NCBI GenBank assembly: GCA_003971905.1
Contig: RSEE01000038.1
Location: 62,001-126,000, forward strand
DNA length: 64,000 nt
Origin: Moniliella sp. 'wahieum'
Lineage: Eukaryota
Reading direction: 5' to 3'
Shown here one piece after another: positions 36,648-50,131 of the stretch. The position numbers were made by a program, and so were the translations under genes. The notes beneath the pieces were generated by a model that made no database searches, had not been told where the DNA came from, and saw nothing but the letters and a program-made list of their open reading frames with translations. Numbering within the stretch: position 1 is the first letter of the stretch; each line of letters opens with the position of its first letter.

Positions 36648-37990
36648 CCTTCTTCTCGACGAAGTTGGGAGCGACGAGGGCGGGTTGGATGGATGGTGAG
36701 CTGGCTGGCTGGGTTGGTGGCTGCTGCTGCTTCCACGCCCGTGGAGGCTTTGCCGGCTGAGCCTGGCAGGCTGCGACGCCCGTCGCCGCCGCGCCGCACC
36801 TGGCAAGACGCAGGGCGGCGGCCGACACACCGGCGCCGTGCCTGCCCCCACACGCGCCCCCCAGTGTGGTGTGGTGCCGGGCGGAGAGCGCGAGTGTGGT
36901 TGTGCTCGCGGGGGGGCACTGCCGCCGATGCACTAGGGTTGTGCGGGTTGTCGCGCCACGTCGTCGCTGCCCCGGTGCGAGTCGGAGCAGCGCCCGGGGG
37001 GCGCGCGCGCGCGGATACAAGCGGGCATCACGTCCGCATCACACTCGTCACGGGACCTGTCGTAGGGTCGCGCTGGGCGCGTCCGGTCATGTGACCCTCT
37101 GCCACTAGTGGCCCTGCCGTCTGCCCTGCTGGGCCTCCCACCGCAACGGTCACCAATAGGCCGTCTGCGCCCTCGCACGACTTGAAAGACAAAGACAGGG
37201 CGGCTCCGGCGGAGCATGTGTTGCGTGGAAGTCAGTATCGCCGGCGGCGTGCTTGGTGTTCTTGGCGCTCGGCGATGTGGGTGCCAGGTACAAGGCTCAC
37301 GGCGGCGGATATCAATTTGGCCCGATGGAATGGGCCGGAACACCGAAGCGCACAGCACCGCGACCAGTGTACTGACCCCGACCGTAAGCATACTAGGCCT
37401 GCATATAGGCTCAGCCGCTGCAGTAGACCCAGCAACCGTCAGCAGAGCAATGTGAGCGCGGCCACGGCTGTATGGCTTGGCACCCTCTGCACGTCGTGAA
37501 AATGTTGGCGGGGTCCCAGTCGAAAACATAATGCCGCTCCTTTTCCCCACCTGCTTAATGCCCCCTCCATCACCTACCTCCACCCACGCTTGCTGGGCAG
37601 CTCGCCGCTGTCATTCTCCGATTCGTACGAGAGGGATGCTGGACGTGAGTCGCCATACTGGGTCGAAGGCGACGCCCGGGGCGAAAAGGGCCACTTGCTG
37701 CCGTCTCATCTCACCGACAATGATTGGTGCGGCTGGCAGGCCCACACAGGCGCCAGCAAGCAACTAGCTGTTGCTAGTGGACCTCGCTCGGCTCAATACT
37801 GTCCACTGTACAAGCAACGCTTCGATGACTTGGTATATTGACCACATTTTTGTCAACACAGACGGTGGGGGGCAGGTTTGTTATGGGGGGAGGGTAGCTG
37901 GCCGAAATGCTGATGTTAGGCGGAGCGAGCCATCCAGGATGATCACGATGCCTTTTCCCTCAACATGCTCGTGGTCCACATCGGGGCTCG

Positions 37991-38062
37991 GTTAACGGTT
38001 AGGTTTAGACGTAGCGTTCCCCCTGTCCCAGCCTTAAGCTCTGTCAGTGAAATGGACGTGAT
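37991..38062 (+). repeat. Dispersed ~65-bp repeat, copy 2
   Basis: AGGTTTAGACGTAGCGTTCCCCCTGTCCCAGCCTTAAGCTCTGTCAGTGAAATGGACGT aligns with 10837-10898. Confidence 0.75.
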
Positions 38063-38294
38063 CTACTGAGATAACCCTCCCGATGATATATATTAGTGTC
38101 CCACGCGGGAAGAGATACCAAAGAGGCGAATTATATTACGCCACAAAAGAACTCGGTTGTGAAATAGAGGGGTCAAGGCCCGACTGCCATCAAAAATGAC
38201 CTTGAGGCCCGACCGAAATGAAAGGCCTTGAAGAGCCCAGAAATGGAAGAAGAAGGGAGACGAGTGAAAAGACACACAGAAAAACATGAGACTC

Positions 38295-39402
38295 TCAGTT
38301 CCAACCGCCAACAGTAAAGAGGTCAGTGCCGTTGTCGGGCGGGAGACCATCCAAGCGGTCCAGATCAAATCCACCGAAGAAGGGAGTAGGTAGTCTTGGC
38401 GGTGCGATGGACGGAGTGATATGTAAAGGGCTGATAGAATCGCGCATGACCCAAGCGCGGGTCCGGTCGCGGACCCGGGCCCAGGAGGTTTGAGCAGGGG
38501 GTTCGTTCGGGGGTGGGTCCCAGTCGATCGATCGAAAAATGGGAAACAACCCTTGTTCTATTGGAACAGGTGTTTCTTCTCCATCGTGTGCATATGTTGG
38601 GTGTGGTCCAAATGGCGCCAGAGACGACGTCTCACGCCCCCAATCTCTCATTCCAGATTGGACATAGATGTCCCATGCGATGATCATCTGATCCACCTCA
38701 TTTATAAGGCAGTGGACATCGGGCCGGGGTTGATGCCGCAGCATAGACGACCATGTTCTCGGTTCAAGCGTCTCGGCCACAGACGTTTCGGAATCGGAGT
38801 GGGGATCGTTTCTCATACTAGGAGCGGCCGATCTCATATGATCCATCATGAAAGGTGTAGGGGCAGGGGGTTGTTGCTATCGCCCTGGGGAGGGATGAAG
38901 GGAGTATTGCTCGCCGGCAGGTGGTGGGGGAAATCGCCTACCTCCGACTCGCGCTCATCCACCATGACGGAGCGATGGGTGTAGTGACCCGATGTTAGGT
39001 CGCCCATTTCCGGAACAGCAGGCCTAGGATTAATCCATGAGATATGCGGCCGGACCGGAATGTGGTCGAATGTGTGCCGAGGCGAGTCCTCCGTATCTTC
39101 ATCTCGGAGGGTACTACGGAGGGCGCTAAGATTGAAGGTTCCTTCCCACCTTCGGCGCTCTGGCTGGCCGCGGATCCAGCGTTCATGGTGGTAGCCTTCG
39201 GTAGTGAGCGCGCCTTCGGTGGTGACGTGGGTTTCGTTGGCGGGGTTCACAGCGCCATACGCATTGCCGCCCATGAAGGCGGTGCCAACGGGGGACGGGA
39301 GCGCTCGTCTTCTTCTTCCATTTCGGAGACGTCAGCCCAGTGCCCGGAGTCGGGGGTGAGCAAGTAGATTGCAGACCCAGCCCGTCGCGCATCGTCGCTC
39401 AT
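38295..39402 (-). CDS. Hypothetical protein; frameshifted
   Basis: Contiguous minus-strand ORFs (MSDDARRAGS.. at 39402; 38846-39274; 38295-38849) with protein-like composition. No recognisable domain. Confidence 0.45.
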
Positions 39403-41085
39403 GATGGTGGTCAATGGGGGAGGGGGGGGGGGGAGGGAAAGGTGCGGCCAGGAAGCGCACGCTTACAACTCAGTATGTTATAGGTGCGACAACAGGGACC
39501 GGCCGAACAACAGTCTCGAGTATGCAGCAGTTCGCAAGTGTGGATGTAATGCACCCACTGCGGCAGTGTTGCTCGCCGGCAATAGTATAAGCGCATTTCC
39601 CTGCAACAGCCACCAGCCGATTTCGATCCCATATGGTGACTGGCCCACCGCGTGTATAGTTAGGCGGCACTGCTTGTATCCATTCGCACTAGTAAGTATT
39701 CATCGGGGTAAAATTTGATGGAATGTATACAGAGTCCCTCTATCTCCCAACAGAGGGGTTAGCCACTTCCGTATTAAGACTCCCCAAAACGGAGAGGCTC
39801 CGTAGGTCAACCAGGGCTAAAAGAGAGGAACAGGTTAGAATCAGCCTGATTAAGCTGGTGGTCAAGGTTGTATGCAACTGTCACATGGCGGGGCCCAGCC
39901 TGTGAGGGCCCACCCGGGAGTGCTAATAAATGATACGATCTTCCTTATAGGAAGACGGTAATAGGGTCGACTTCCTGTATGTTCATACTTGGGCGTTTGT
40001 TGGAGAAGAAACAGCGCGGCAAGGGACAAAAAGGAGATACCTTTCGGAGTATAGCAGAGAAGGCTGCTTGCAAGGCAAAAGGCTACGTATAGGCACCATC
40101 AGCATGGAAAGTATAGTATAATGTCTCTGAAGCCGTTCGTACTTGGGGACGGGAAAAGAGGCGACCAGCGACAACGCTGCCCAAATTTGGATTGAAGCGA
40201 GAAAAACACGGATTGGAGCTGTGAGACTGAAAGTTGCGACTGGAAAAGACTCCACGCATTAATAGGGTAAAGCCGAACACTGAGAGACTGATAGTCGCAG
40301 AGCGCGCTCCGTCCTTACAATGGTGAAGAACCATGGATCAAACGAAGAGGACATGAACAGGGAAGAGGCGACTGTCGTCGCCAATTAAGGATACGTTGTA
40401 GCGTGGGTGACCGCGCCCGGAGACCACAGTATACATGTGATTGTACGACCCCTCCGCGGCCATGGCTTACTAGTTGTGTGGGTAGGAAACGAACCCTGTT
40501 AACTGACTGGACTGACAAAGCATCGATCTTTAGATTGGAATGGATCCGCAGACAAAGTCAAAGCCTCCTGGTGCCAGGAGCAGGAATATGGAAAGGGATT
40601 TGGAAAAAGCTCTGTTGGCCCACCGAGCCATTATGCTCGCCTCTTTTGGGACTTACAAGAGTGTATACACGGGTTTTTCGATGTCCCACCACCGGCCAAC
40701 GTTCGTCTTCATCGCGTCGTCAACGTTCGCCCGCACTGCTGCTGCGCATGTGCGGGAATGAAAGTGGATCAGAGCTCAGACTGAGCGCTCAGCCTGAGTG
40801 GGCTCCGCTATGGCTCCGCTGGCTCGCCAACCACAGGGGTCGCTTTTCGAATCATATCACGATGTTGAGAGGGATGGATCGCGGGGGTGTAGTGTGGCAA
40901 GCACTGATGGCGCGGTTCCGCGAGACTGGCTGGACTTTGTATCCGCTGCCAGCTACCTGTGGGTACGCAACTTGCCTGCGGCCCGCCTTGCCTGTTCGTC
41001 GGAGTTCGGTGGTGCCGGCGGTGCCGGCGATGCAGCGACGGATCATATAGGCCAGATTATCGATGATGCAATGATGATAGTGATG

Positions 41086-41213
41086 CATGATGCACGGTGC
41101 ACGGTGCACGGTGCATGGTGCCTGACGCGTGACGCGTGACGCCACACGGGCATTGCAGTATGGTGCCTGAAGCATGTGCATGATGCATGATGCATGATGC
41201 ATGATGCATGATG
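41086..41213. repeat. Heptamer island: CATGATG, CACGGTG x3, CATGGTG, CCTGACG, CGTGACG x2, then CATGATG x5
   Basis: Read directly from the sequence. Period-7 phase is unbroken over 41086-41141. Confidence 0.95.
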
Positions 41214-42191
41214 CAGGGCGGGAGGGTGCGGCCGCCTTTAATGAGGCTGGCTGGGGCCCAGCACCCCCAGCGTCGGCCCGGAACTGAAAAGGAGGCCAGG
41301 GGGTGGTAAGAATTAGTAACGGACGCATGCCCATGTGAGTACCTGGGAGCTTCCCACCACTGCCTGCCTGACGTTCAACGTTCAACGTGGACGCACCTCG
41401 CGTCTCATCGTCCCATCCTGCCTTGTTTCGTCCTTGGGCCTCATCAGCCCCAGCCTTGGTTGATCCCCTGCCCAGCCCCCTCCCGCTCATCCCTCCCACC
41501 CCTTTCCCCACTCGCCCGCCATGGACACCCTCTCTAGCGGGAGGCGCAAGCTTCTGGCTGATACCCATGTCCTCCCTCCCTCCACCCCTGACGCCGGCCA
41601 CCCATCCTCCGCCCAGCAGTCAGCGCTCCTCCTGTCCTCAGCAGGCTCACCAGACAACCCAGAAGCACTGCAGCGCCCATGTTTACCTTCAACGCGAGTC
41701 GGAAGCCTCTCTTCCACCCTCTCGCTCGTCAGGCGAGGGTGTGCCTGGAGTAGCAGCCGAACCGAACCCCGACGACCCGCCTCCGCGCCCAAGTCTCGCC
41801 CCCTGGCCCAGGGCAACCGCTAATGGGATCAGGTGTCGCATACCTTGACCCCAACCCAATTGGTATCTTCAGCGACTACTCCCATCACCCACACAGCGTT
41901 ATTTGCGAGATCCGCAGAGCGGGGCTGGTGAAGTCGCGCATTACCGTACATGAAGTGAACAAGGTAGGTGTTCTCCAAGTCCTTGCTGTGCATGGCAATG
42001 AGCTGACAGGCGGCATGTGCATGAATAGGCGAGGAGAACAGACCGGCCCTTGTGGAGCTGCAAGCCACTCACCCCCTTCGGGATCGGAAGGACAATGTCC
42101 GTTTCCTATGCAGGCGAGGTTGTGGCAGTACTGTCGAGGGGAAAGGGTGGCAAGTGGGAGTGCCATAAAGCTGAAGCAGTGGAGAAAAGTG

Positions 42192-42233
42192 GCGAGAAGA
42201 AAAGCGAGAAGAAAAGCGAGAAGAAAGTCGAGA
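42192..42233. repeat. 12-bp tandem repeat GCGAGAAGAAAA x~3.5
   Basis: Read directly from the sequence. Confidence 0.8.
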
Positions 42234-44001
42234 CGGGATTGTTACTCTTCTCGGTTTGCCTGCGACCTATGAACCAAGAACCGCATGTTCACTTGCCGGT
42301 CAACTATGCTTCGTGTCAAGTTGGTGCCCCCTCAGTCAAAGTTCTCCCGATTCTGAACGAACGGCTTGGCTCAGGTTTCCACATGACTACCCCCTGGGGC
42401 CGAGTCTTGGCCATGGTGCATCGTTCCATGGGGTTCCGCACGCAGGCGAGTGTCCATGGTGCGTCCACCTTTGTCCTCGTGGTTATGAAGCTAACGAACA
42501 GCAGTGGCCCCATTTGTCGATCTGTTCCTTTCCTCCATGCTTGCCATTGTGGGGCTGGAGGAGGACGCTCTCTCAGACTCCGGAACCAACTATTGACTTC
42601 ATCGTTGTTGCAATCCTATCGTTTCTAATGATACTGTTCCCAACCACAGGGAAAGAACGGACAAGAGACGTTTCGGCCCCCATACCCAAGCCTATGCACT
42701 GCCCAATGGCTCAGAAACACTTCGCACAGCTGGAAGGTGGGTCGTGTCACGGCATGTGCCACATTGCAGCATGCATCACTTCCATACACATTGTGGAATC
42801 CAGCAGCCAGCCAGGACGATGGCAAACACATTCGCAAACTTTCTCGGGACTTTCATTGATTCCTGATGCACTGCCAAACATATATATAGCAGAGACGACT
42901 GTCAGCGCCAATTGCGGACCTTGTGGTTTACTCTATATGCGCCTGCAGAGACTGAGCTTCTCAAACGTCAAGACTTTCAAGCCTCGAGATGGAAGGAGCT
43001 ATCGCACCACAAGCAGCGCATAATGATATTGAATGATGGACAAGCACTTCATCCGGAACGGTTCTATTGTTGCACGCATGGGCCAAAAGCTGCAGATAGA
43101 GTTCCAGCGGTACAGCTCATGAGAAAGGCGACACACCAAGAATTAGGCCACTAAAACGTACCACAAGAGATGGCCAATGAAAAAAAGGGGAGCACGACAT
43201 GCGAGTACGCCTTCGACGGCTTTTCATTTTTATAATCTCCTGTGGATTGTGGTCGCTGCCTCGCATGTGCTTGTGGTGCACTTGAAAAGGGGATCCATGA
43301 CTGATGGCACTCTTCTGGGGCTCAGCCTCACAGACACTGTCTAATAAGATCAAGGTACAGGCGGCTCCCTGCCGCCAGGAATACGAACCAATATATTTTT
43401 GCAGGGATTTGTGCCAGGGTCCTCGCTGGCATACGGTTAGCTGGACGTGTGGTGGAGTGCAGATGTCCGCGCAAACGCGTTTGGCATGTGATGGAGGGGG
43501 GGAGGTGAATAATTGCACTGGTACGCGTTGGCGGCTACCAACGTCGTCTCAGAACGCTAACCTCGTCATTGTTTGGCAGCCGAGAATAAGATGGTGGCTC
43601 TCGCTGCCATTGAAGAAGGGAGCTCTCAAAGGCCAACAAGGTACCCGCGTCAAGAAGGTGAGCCGCAATGATCTTGTGTCGCTTCTTTACTGACGAACAG
43701 CTAACTACCCCTGGCTCCTCTGAACTCCTCACAGAGCGCGTAATCGTGTTTGGAGGTGGACTCTGCAACACAGCTCGACGGCCTTAGCCAGCCTAGGCAC
43801 AAATCCGTATTCTTGCTTCGGCCAACTCCTCACCTCGACCTTGCACCATCTGCTATGCATTGCCGTGTAGACGCTGCCAATGCGCCCAAGCAAAGCCAAT
43901 TTGACGACCTAATGTACCTGTTGCTGAAGTACCTTTAGTTGCTTGCAGATATATAGATTGCCAATCCTACTGGTATAAGTTGCCAAGGTTTTACCTCGCG
44001 C

Positions 44002-45140
44002 TCACTCGTTCGTTGTACGCGGACGCTTCGCCGTCCGACCATCATCCCATGAGCCGTGGGTGCGTCCCCGGTGATGGAAAGAAACGTCGGAGCGGTAATT
44101 GTCCCTGGCATGCTCTTGTCGGTCGATCTGTGGGGCGGGAGCAAAATTGGGACGAGCAGGGAGGCGGGCCATGCGTGGCAGGCGGGGGAGAGAGGGTTCA
44201 TCACGGGCGCAGGAACCATGGGCATAACGGGTATGCCCATTGGCGCCATTTGCATCATTGGCGCCATTGGCACGTTCATTCCCATTGGCAGTGCCGGACC
44301 TCCTTGGTTCCGATTCCCACGGGACTGGAAGTCCCTTCCCCCCGCCCGCGGCCGCGGCCACGTCCGTCTCCATGCCGCGCAGAATCTTTGGGCAACACCG
44401 CATACGGATTCCCCCGGGCCGAAGAGGACAACTCTGCTTCCATTTCTGACCCTTGGTACGGATTCTCGGTCCACCACTGTGCCAACGTCGAGGCATCCTG
44501 CGCTGAGCTAGTAACAATGTAGACTGAACCCTTGGACTTGCCATTGACCTTATGCTCAGAGAATGAGGTGATTCCGGAGGGATAGGGTCACCCCTGCCTC
44601 AGCCGCAGCTTGGCGGATGTCCTCATCCGTAGTCCACTGCGAAGCGAAGGGTTAGTTCCACTTTCTCGTGAAGACGGGTGGAAGGGGACATACCCAGTTA
44701 AACTCGCTTACTGTCAGGGCATCTTTCACATTCGGGTCGGGGTAGTAATGTGGCTGCCAAGCGCGGTTGTCATTAGGGCAGCCTGCGTTGTTCTCGCCTG
44801 TACGATGATGAACCAAGGGATCTGGGTGCATCGAACCACCCCCAGGCGGTTGTTCTGCCGGACTTTGGGCGCGGCGGGGGACTCGCTCTCCCGCGGCCGC
44901 TTGCGCAGTGTTGCAGCAGGCGGGGCTGGCTCCTGCGGCGGATCTTCTGCGACAGCGGCAGCGACGGGGGCAGGGGTGATGTAGAAGTCATCTTCCTATG
45001 GGGGCAAGGGGGTGCAGCATGTCAGTCAAGGGTCTTACCTGTTGTCTGCCTGGGTGTTTAGGAGAAAGGAGGATGGAGGAGAAGAGCGCGTTGCAGGAGA
45101 GGGAGGCACTCACGCCATACAGGTCAAAGTCGTCTTCCAT
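44002..45140 (-). CDS. CPSF6/CFIm68-like RRM protein (cleavage factor Im large subunit-like); two introns, frameshifts
   Basis: MEDDFDLYG start. Spliced RRM: ..SE(F)NW|WTTDEDIRQAAAEAGV..SEHKVNGKSKGSVYI..GNPYAVLPKD, followed by RGG and Met/Pro-rich segments. Confidence 0.75.
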
Positions 45141-47691
45141 TGTGGGATGGACAGAGAAACAGGCACAGTGCAACGGACGGAGGAGTCAGCGAGCAATGCA
45201 CTAAACACAGTCAAGCTGGCGGCAAAAGGGAACACCAGGAGGACGTGGATGTGATGCGCTGGGATGGGTGAGGAGGGCGAGCGATATGGTGGGAGTAACC
45301 CTCTCTCCCTCCCCACTCGTCGGTGGCGCGTGCGCGGGGTTTACCAGCGCCCCCACGCCAGACCCTGAGCGGAACAGTCACCCACACGCGGAATTGACAC
45401 GCGTGAATTGGGTGTCATATGCAGCTTGACCTCCCTCAACAGGAACCTAACCCATATAACAACCAGTAGCATGTAACATGGTAGTAACAGGGAACTAGCC
45501 CTGTAACCTCTGCCCCACCTCACGCCTCAGATGTCGATGAGGCTTCAGGGCCTCAGATCCTTCAGAACTCTTAGGTGTGAGGTACCTAATGGCAACAACC
45601 AGCAAGTACACAAAAGCTAACTATAACCCCGCGACATGACACGCAAAGCTTTTCTCTCGTCAATAGGAAGTGCGACTAGTGTGACCACACACATATGTAT
45701 CGTTTTCCATGTGGGGGCTGTTTTCTGCTGTACTTGCGTATACAGCCTCGTTAAAACGAGAGCAGGACGAAGCCCTCTATTATACTCTGCATACATTGCG
45801 CCCACATATGTTGACGGTTTAAGCTTTAAGCTTGATGTCACCGGGGAAGGCGAGGTGAAACCGCTGAGAGCCCGGTTGAGAGCCCACCATCACAAGCTCT
45901 GGATCCCCCCTTAATTAGTTGCCTCAATGATGGTCTCGGTTTCCCCGCCTCGAAAGATTTTTTCTTCCTGTTGGGGATACGTGCGCTACGCCCTTGTCGG
46001 TGCCATCATACATATAGCTGTGACGAGGAAGTGCCATCCGATGATATTCATTGATAGTACGGCAGGGGGCTTATAGTTAGCTGGCTTCGCCTGCTTCGTC
46101 TGCTTCGTCTGCTTCGCTTGATTTTAACGTCAACGTTCATCATCAAATGGGATGGGGTGGAGATAGGAAAAAGGGAAACTAAAGCAAAGGAGTTCCTCAA
46201 AGCCCTTGTTAAGCAGCCTGGGGGGGGGGGGGCGCTTGAGAATGTGAGAAATGGGTCGTACTTCGCGTTAAGACGAGCCCACTATCCCTGGCACCACCGA
46301 TCCTCCTTGTGCATTGGCTGATACACATCAGCTCTGGGGCTGTTGTATCCGACTCTGCCCTATGTTGTGCTCCCATGACAGGCTCATCTCTCTCTCTTTG
46401 GTTGGAAAATCGATCCATCATTGATCTCTCCTCTTTCTGGCCTTTTGGCCTTATCATATACCCAGCGGCGCCCCGTAGGGTACATGTAATAAGGTCCTAC
46501 ACTCCTTATAGTCTGCGCGGCACACCTGTCCTCAGGTCTCATAGGCCCAATGCTTCTCACAACTCAATCGATCTAGAATCACACACTATAATCCTCCAAT
46601 CTCTCTTCAAGCTTCAAGCTTCAAGCTTCAGGCCACTCCAAGGTCTTCGAGGCGGCATTGTCCTACCAAGATGCTAAAGTATGTAATCCAGCAATCCAGC
46701 ATGTGGTCCATATGATGATGCTGATGAATTTGTTTTGTTCTATTAGCGTAGTGGACCGTCTCGATCGGGGGCATTATGCGTAACACCTTTTGTGCTTATA
46801 GTTTTCAGTAGGTAGTTCTCCTGCCTGCTTGAAAGGTTGAAGCTTGAGCGTTCAGGATGTGCGCTTGTTGGGCGCTTGACGTTTGTGCCCCTGATGAGAT
46901 CACTGCAGCTCAGGCTGAGGCCTTGCCAGCTCACCCGGAGGCCTCACAGATTTCAGACCTAGGGGCGCTGTGACGGTCACCACCCATTTGTGGACAGCCA
47001 CACGAGAGTAGTTGTGTCTTACTATCACCGCACTGCAAGTTTCACATTTGAAGCCGAGCAATGCTGCTTTCAAACTCGGCTCTGGCCATGTCACATGTCA
47101 CCTACGCACGTTGTCAGTGTGTGCCCCATCGTTCATCGTTTGACAGTGCGAACGATCGCCACCGCTGTATAGACCATCCCACTTTTGGCGGGGTCGGCGT
47201 CAGGCGCGAGCTCCGATTTACGATGCACATCATGCGAGATGGGATCTGTTGCTGAGCAACTCCTCAGCATCGCCAGGGTTCTCTCGCACGCTCGCACGCT
47301 CGCACGCCCCGCGTTCTCTATATCCACATCCCGCTCCATCAGGTCACACCTCTGTTGTGCCCACCAGGCCACACTACAGTTGGTGCACGGGCCGCTCGGG
47401 CGCACAACCATTAGTTTGTTGCTGGGCCCAAGGTTCATAACCGCCCTAAGGCCCAACTGACCCCACTACACCACCACTGCCCCTCCCTTGCAATTCACAT
47501 TGCCTGGTGCGCTAAGAATTCGTCTCGCATCCGTTTGGATCTCCCTTCCGAGTTTGGTCGTGTGCCATAGCATGTATGCAACGCATTTGTCTGACGTATC
47601 CTATGGTGTGGGGGTATATAACCTCCTTCCTCACAGGCCTCCCAGGCTCCTTCCTCACCACAAGTCTTCAGTCACTTCTAGCAACACCAAC

Positions 47692-48834
47692 ATGTCCGAC
47701 CCCCGTGAACAGCAGCTCGAGTTGCCAACGCAGGCCACCAAGGCCGTCTTCGACAAGGTGGGCGGCCCCGTCAAATTCGTCACTTACGACCCCAGCAAGG
47801 TTGAGCTCAAACCCGGTGAGGTCCTGGTTCGTGTAACCTACACCGGTGTCTGCCACACGTATGTTTCCGTCTTCTCAGCACTTCTTTCCGATGCTGACTC
47901 AATGATTAAAGCGAGCATGCGATGCTCGGTGACTGGCCTTTGCCCACAAAGCTCCAGGCCACGGGCCAACCCTTGTTGGCGGCCACGAAGGCGCCGGTGT
48001 CGTCGTCAAGCTCGGCACTGGTTCCGACGAATGGACCCAGAAGGGTGCCCGTGTGGGTATCAAATGGGTCGCGTCTGCTTGCCTGAACTGCGAATACTGC
48101 CGTGTGGGCTTTGAGCCCAACTGCATTCACCTCGAGAACTCCGGGTACACTGTTGATGGCACCTTCCAACAGTATGTTGTCGCCCCCGCCAAGTACGTGA
48201 CCCGATCCCCGACGCCCTGCCTCTCATCGACGCTGCCCCATCCTCTGCGCTGGTGTGACAATCTACCGTGCCCTCCTCGAGGCTGGCCTGAACGTCGGCG
48301 ACTGGGTTGTGCTTCCTGGTGCTGGTGGAGGACTGGGCCATCTGGGCGTCCAATACGCCGCAGCGATGGGCTTCCGGGTCATTGGTATCGACACCGGTGC
48401 CGAGAAGAAGGCGCTAGTTAAGCAACTTGGTGCCGACGCCTGGATCGATTTCCGCGAGTCGAAAGACATTGTCGCCGAGGTTAAGGCCATCACTGGTGGT
48501 CTGGGTGCCCACGCAGCCGTCGTCGCCGCCGCATCTGAGGCCGCGTACACCCAAGGTCTCCTACCTCCGCCCGCGCGGGACCCTTGTCGCTGTCGGCATG
48601 CCTCCCGGTACATTCATCAAGGCGGACGTCTTCGACACCACGGTCACTGCCAAGCGCATTGTTGGCTCCATCGTGGGCAACCGTGAGGATGCCATCGAGG
48701 CTCTCCGTCTGGCTGAGCGCGGCAAAGTCCGTGTCATCTACCACACCCGTGGTCTGTCTCAGCTCAACGAGGTCTACGCTGAGATGCACGAGGGCAAGCT
48801 TGCCGGCCGTATTGTCCTGGATGTTGACAAGTAA
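47692..48834 (+). CDS. Zinc-dependent alcohol dehydrogenase (ADH1-like MDR); intron 47859-47911, frameshifts
   Basis: YTGVCHT; LVGGHEGAG; GIKWVASACLNCEYCRVGFEPNC; SGYTVDGTFQQY; GAGGGLGHLGVQYA; GSIVGNRED; GKLAGRIVLD. TATATAA at ~47615. Confidence 0.95.
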
Positions 48835-49279
48835 ACACCCCCTTCATGCTTTTTAACGACCTGTAAACACCACTCCATACACTATTACATGGATTTTGCC
48901 ATCCTATCTTCCAGTTATGTAGCTGTAAAAAAGGCAAGTATTATACTTTAGTCGATATATACCAACGGCTAAACGCTTTTGGCTTTAACCAGTGTGAGGG
49001 CGAGAGCCATTCTGGCCGGGCAATGCTGTACGTTGTGAAGAAGAATATACTAATGCCGCACCGATTTGTCCCTCTCCCACTGGAAAAGGCCTGAAGAGCC
49101 TCGTTGAGAGAGGGATCAAGTTGATCCTACTTCATCGATTTCATCATGCACATGTCGACCAAGTTTCCGTATCTACCCTCGCGCTACATGCAGTTTTTAG
49201 AGTCACTGTTCACGTTGAGGACGTTGAGGCGAGCCCCGTTTCCCCCCTTGTTGATTTAACGGCTTCAAGCTCAATCGGT

Positions 49280-49333
49280 GATAATCGATCATCGATCATC
49301 GATCATCGAACACCTACCTGGTCACCGGTCAAT
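49280..49333. repeat. Heptamer island GATAATC GATCATC x3, GGTCACC
   Basis: Read directly from the sequence. Confidence 0.9.
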
Positions 49334-49504
49334 CCAGACCAGGTCAGATCTCGGAGACCTAACACCAATTCCGCCTTGTTCCGCCGCGCCGCTCTGCCCA
49401 TGTGGCATGTGGCGTGTACAAGGCGCAACGAGCCAGACACAATGCGCCCTCTACTGTTGACTCCTTGAGCCACCTGCCCACACAACTAGCCTGTTGCCAC
49501 CAGC

Positions 49505-50131
49505 ATGCGCTTCCCTATCCTCGCTGTGGCCGCCACGCTAGCCAGTGCCCTTCTAGTTTCCTCGGCCCCTGCCCCAGCACCAGCCCCTGCCCCTGTTGCG
49601 AGTGATGAGGCAGGTCTGCGCTCCTTGACGGGTGCTGATTTTGCCAGCAAAACAGCGCACGGGATGTGGTTTGTCGAGTTCTACAGTCCCTTTGTCCTCG
49701 TACGTTGTCCTTTTTAGCGAGCGCGACCTCCTTCTAACACTCTATTTGTGTCCAGACTGCAAACGCTTCATGCCGACATGGAAAGACTTGAGCGAGATCA
49801 GTGCCCACCTGGAAGACTCGAGCGCCTTCTACATGGCTCGCGTTGACTGTACAGCCCAAGGCGATGTATGCGACCAAGAAAAAGTGCCTGGATACCCACG
49901 ATGCACCTTTATGAGGATGGGAAACTTGTCACCGAGTATTCGGGAAGCCGCAAGTTCTCCATCCTAAAGGCATGGATCTTTGGGTACGCCGAAGATTATC
50001 GCCGCCGTAAAGCATCGGCGACAATGCGAATTCGGTCTAATGCGCCACGTCAACATGGAGGAGGTCAGAGATCCCACAGGCTACCACCACTACCCGTCTC
50101 TTCCAAGCTTCTTTCTGGTCCCCGTCCCTAG
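49505..50131 (+). CDS. Signal-peptide-bearing single-domain thioredoxin/PDI-like protein; intron 49700-49755
   Basis: Signal peptide MRFPILAVAATLASALLVSSA; WFVEFYSPF-CPHC-KRFMPTW after splicing and restoring one T; ARVDCTAQGDVC..VPGYPT. Stop is at 50040 or 50131 depending on a possible frameshift. Confidence 0.8.

Noticed and set aside
40403..43700. ORFs of 130-255 aa between the hypothetical gene and the CPSF6-like gene
   Set aside because: No motifs, they overlap simple repeats, and there is no consistent strand or splice structure. Not supportable as genes.
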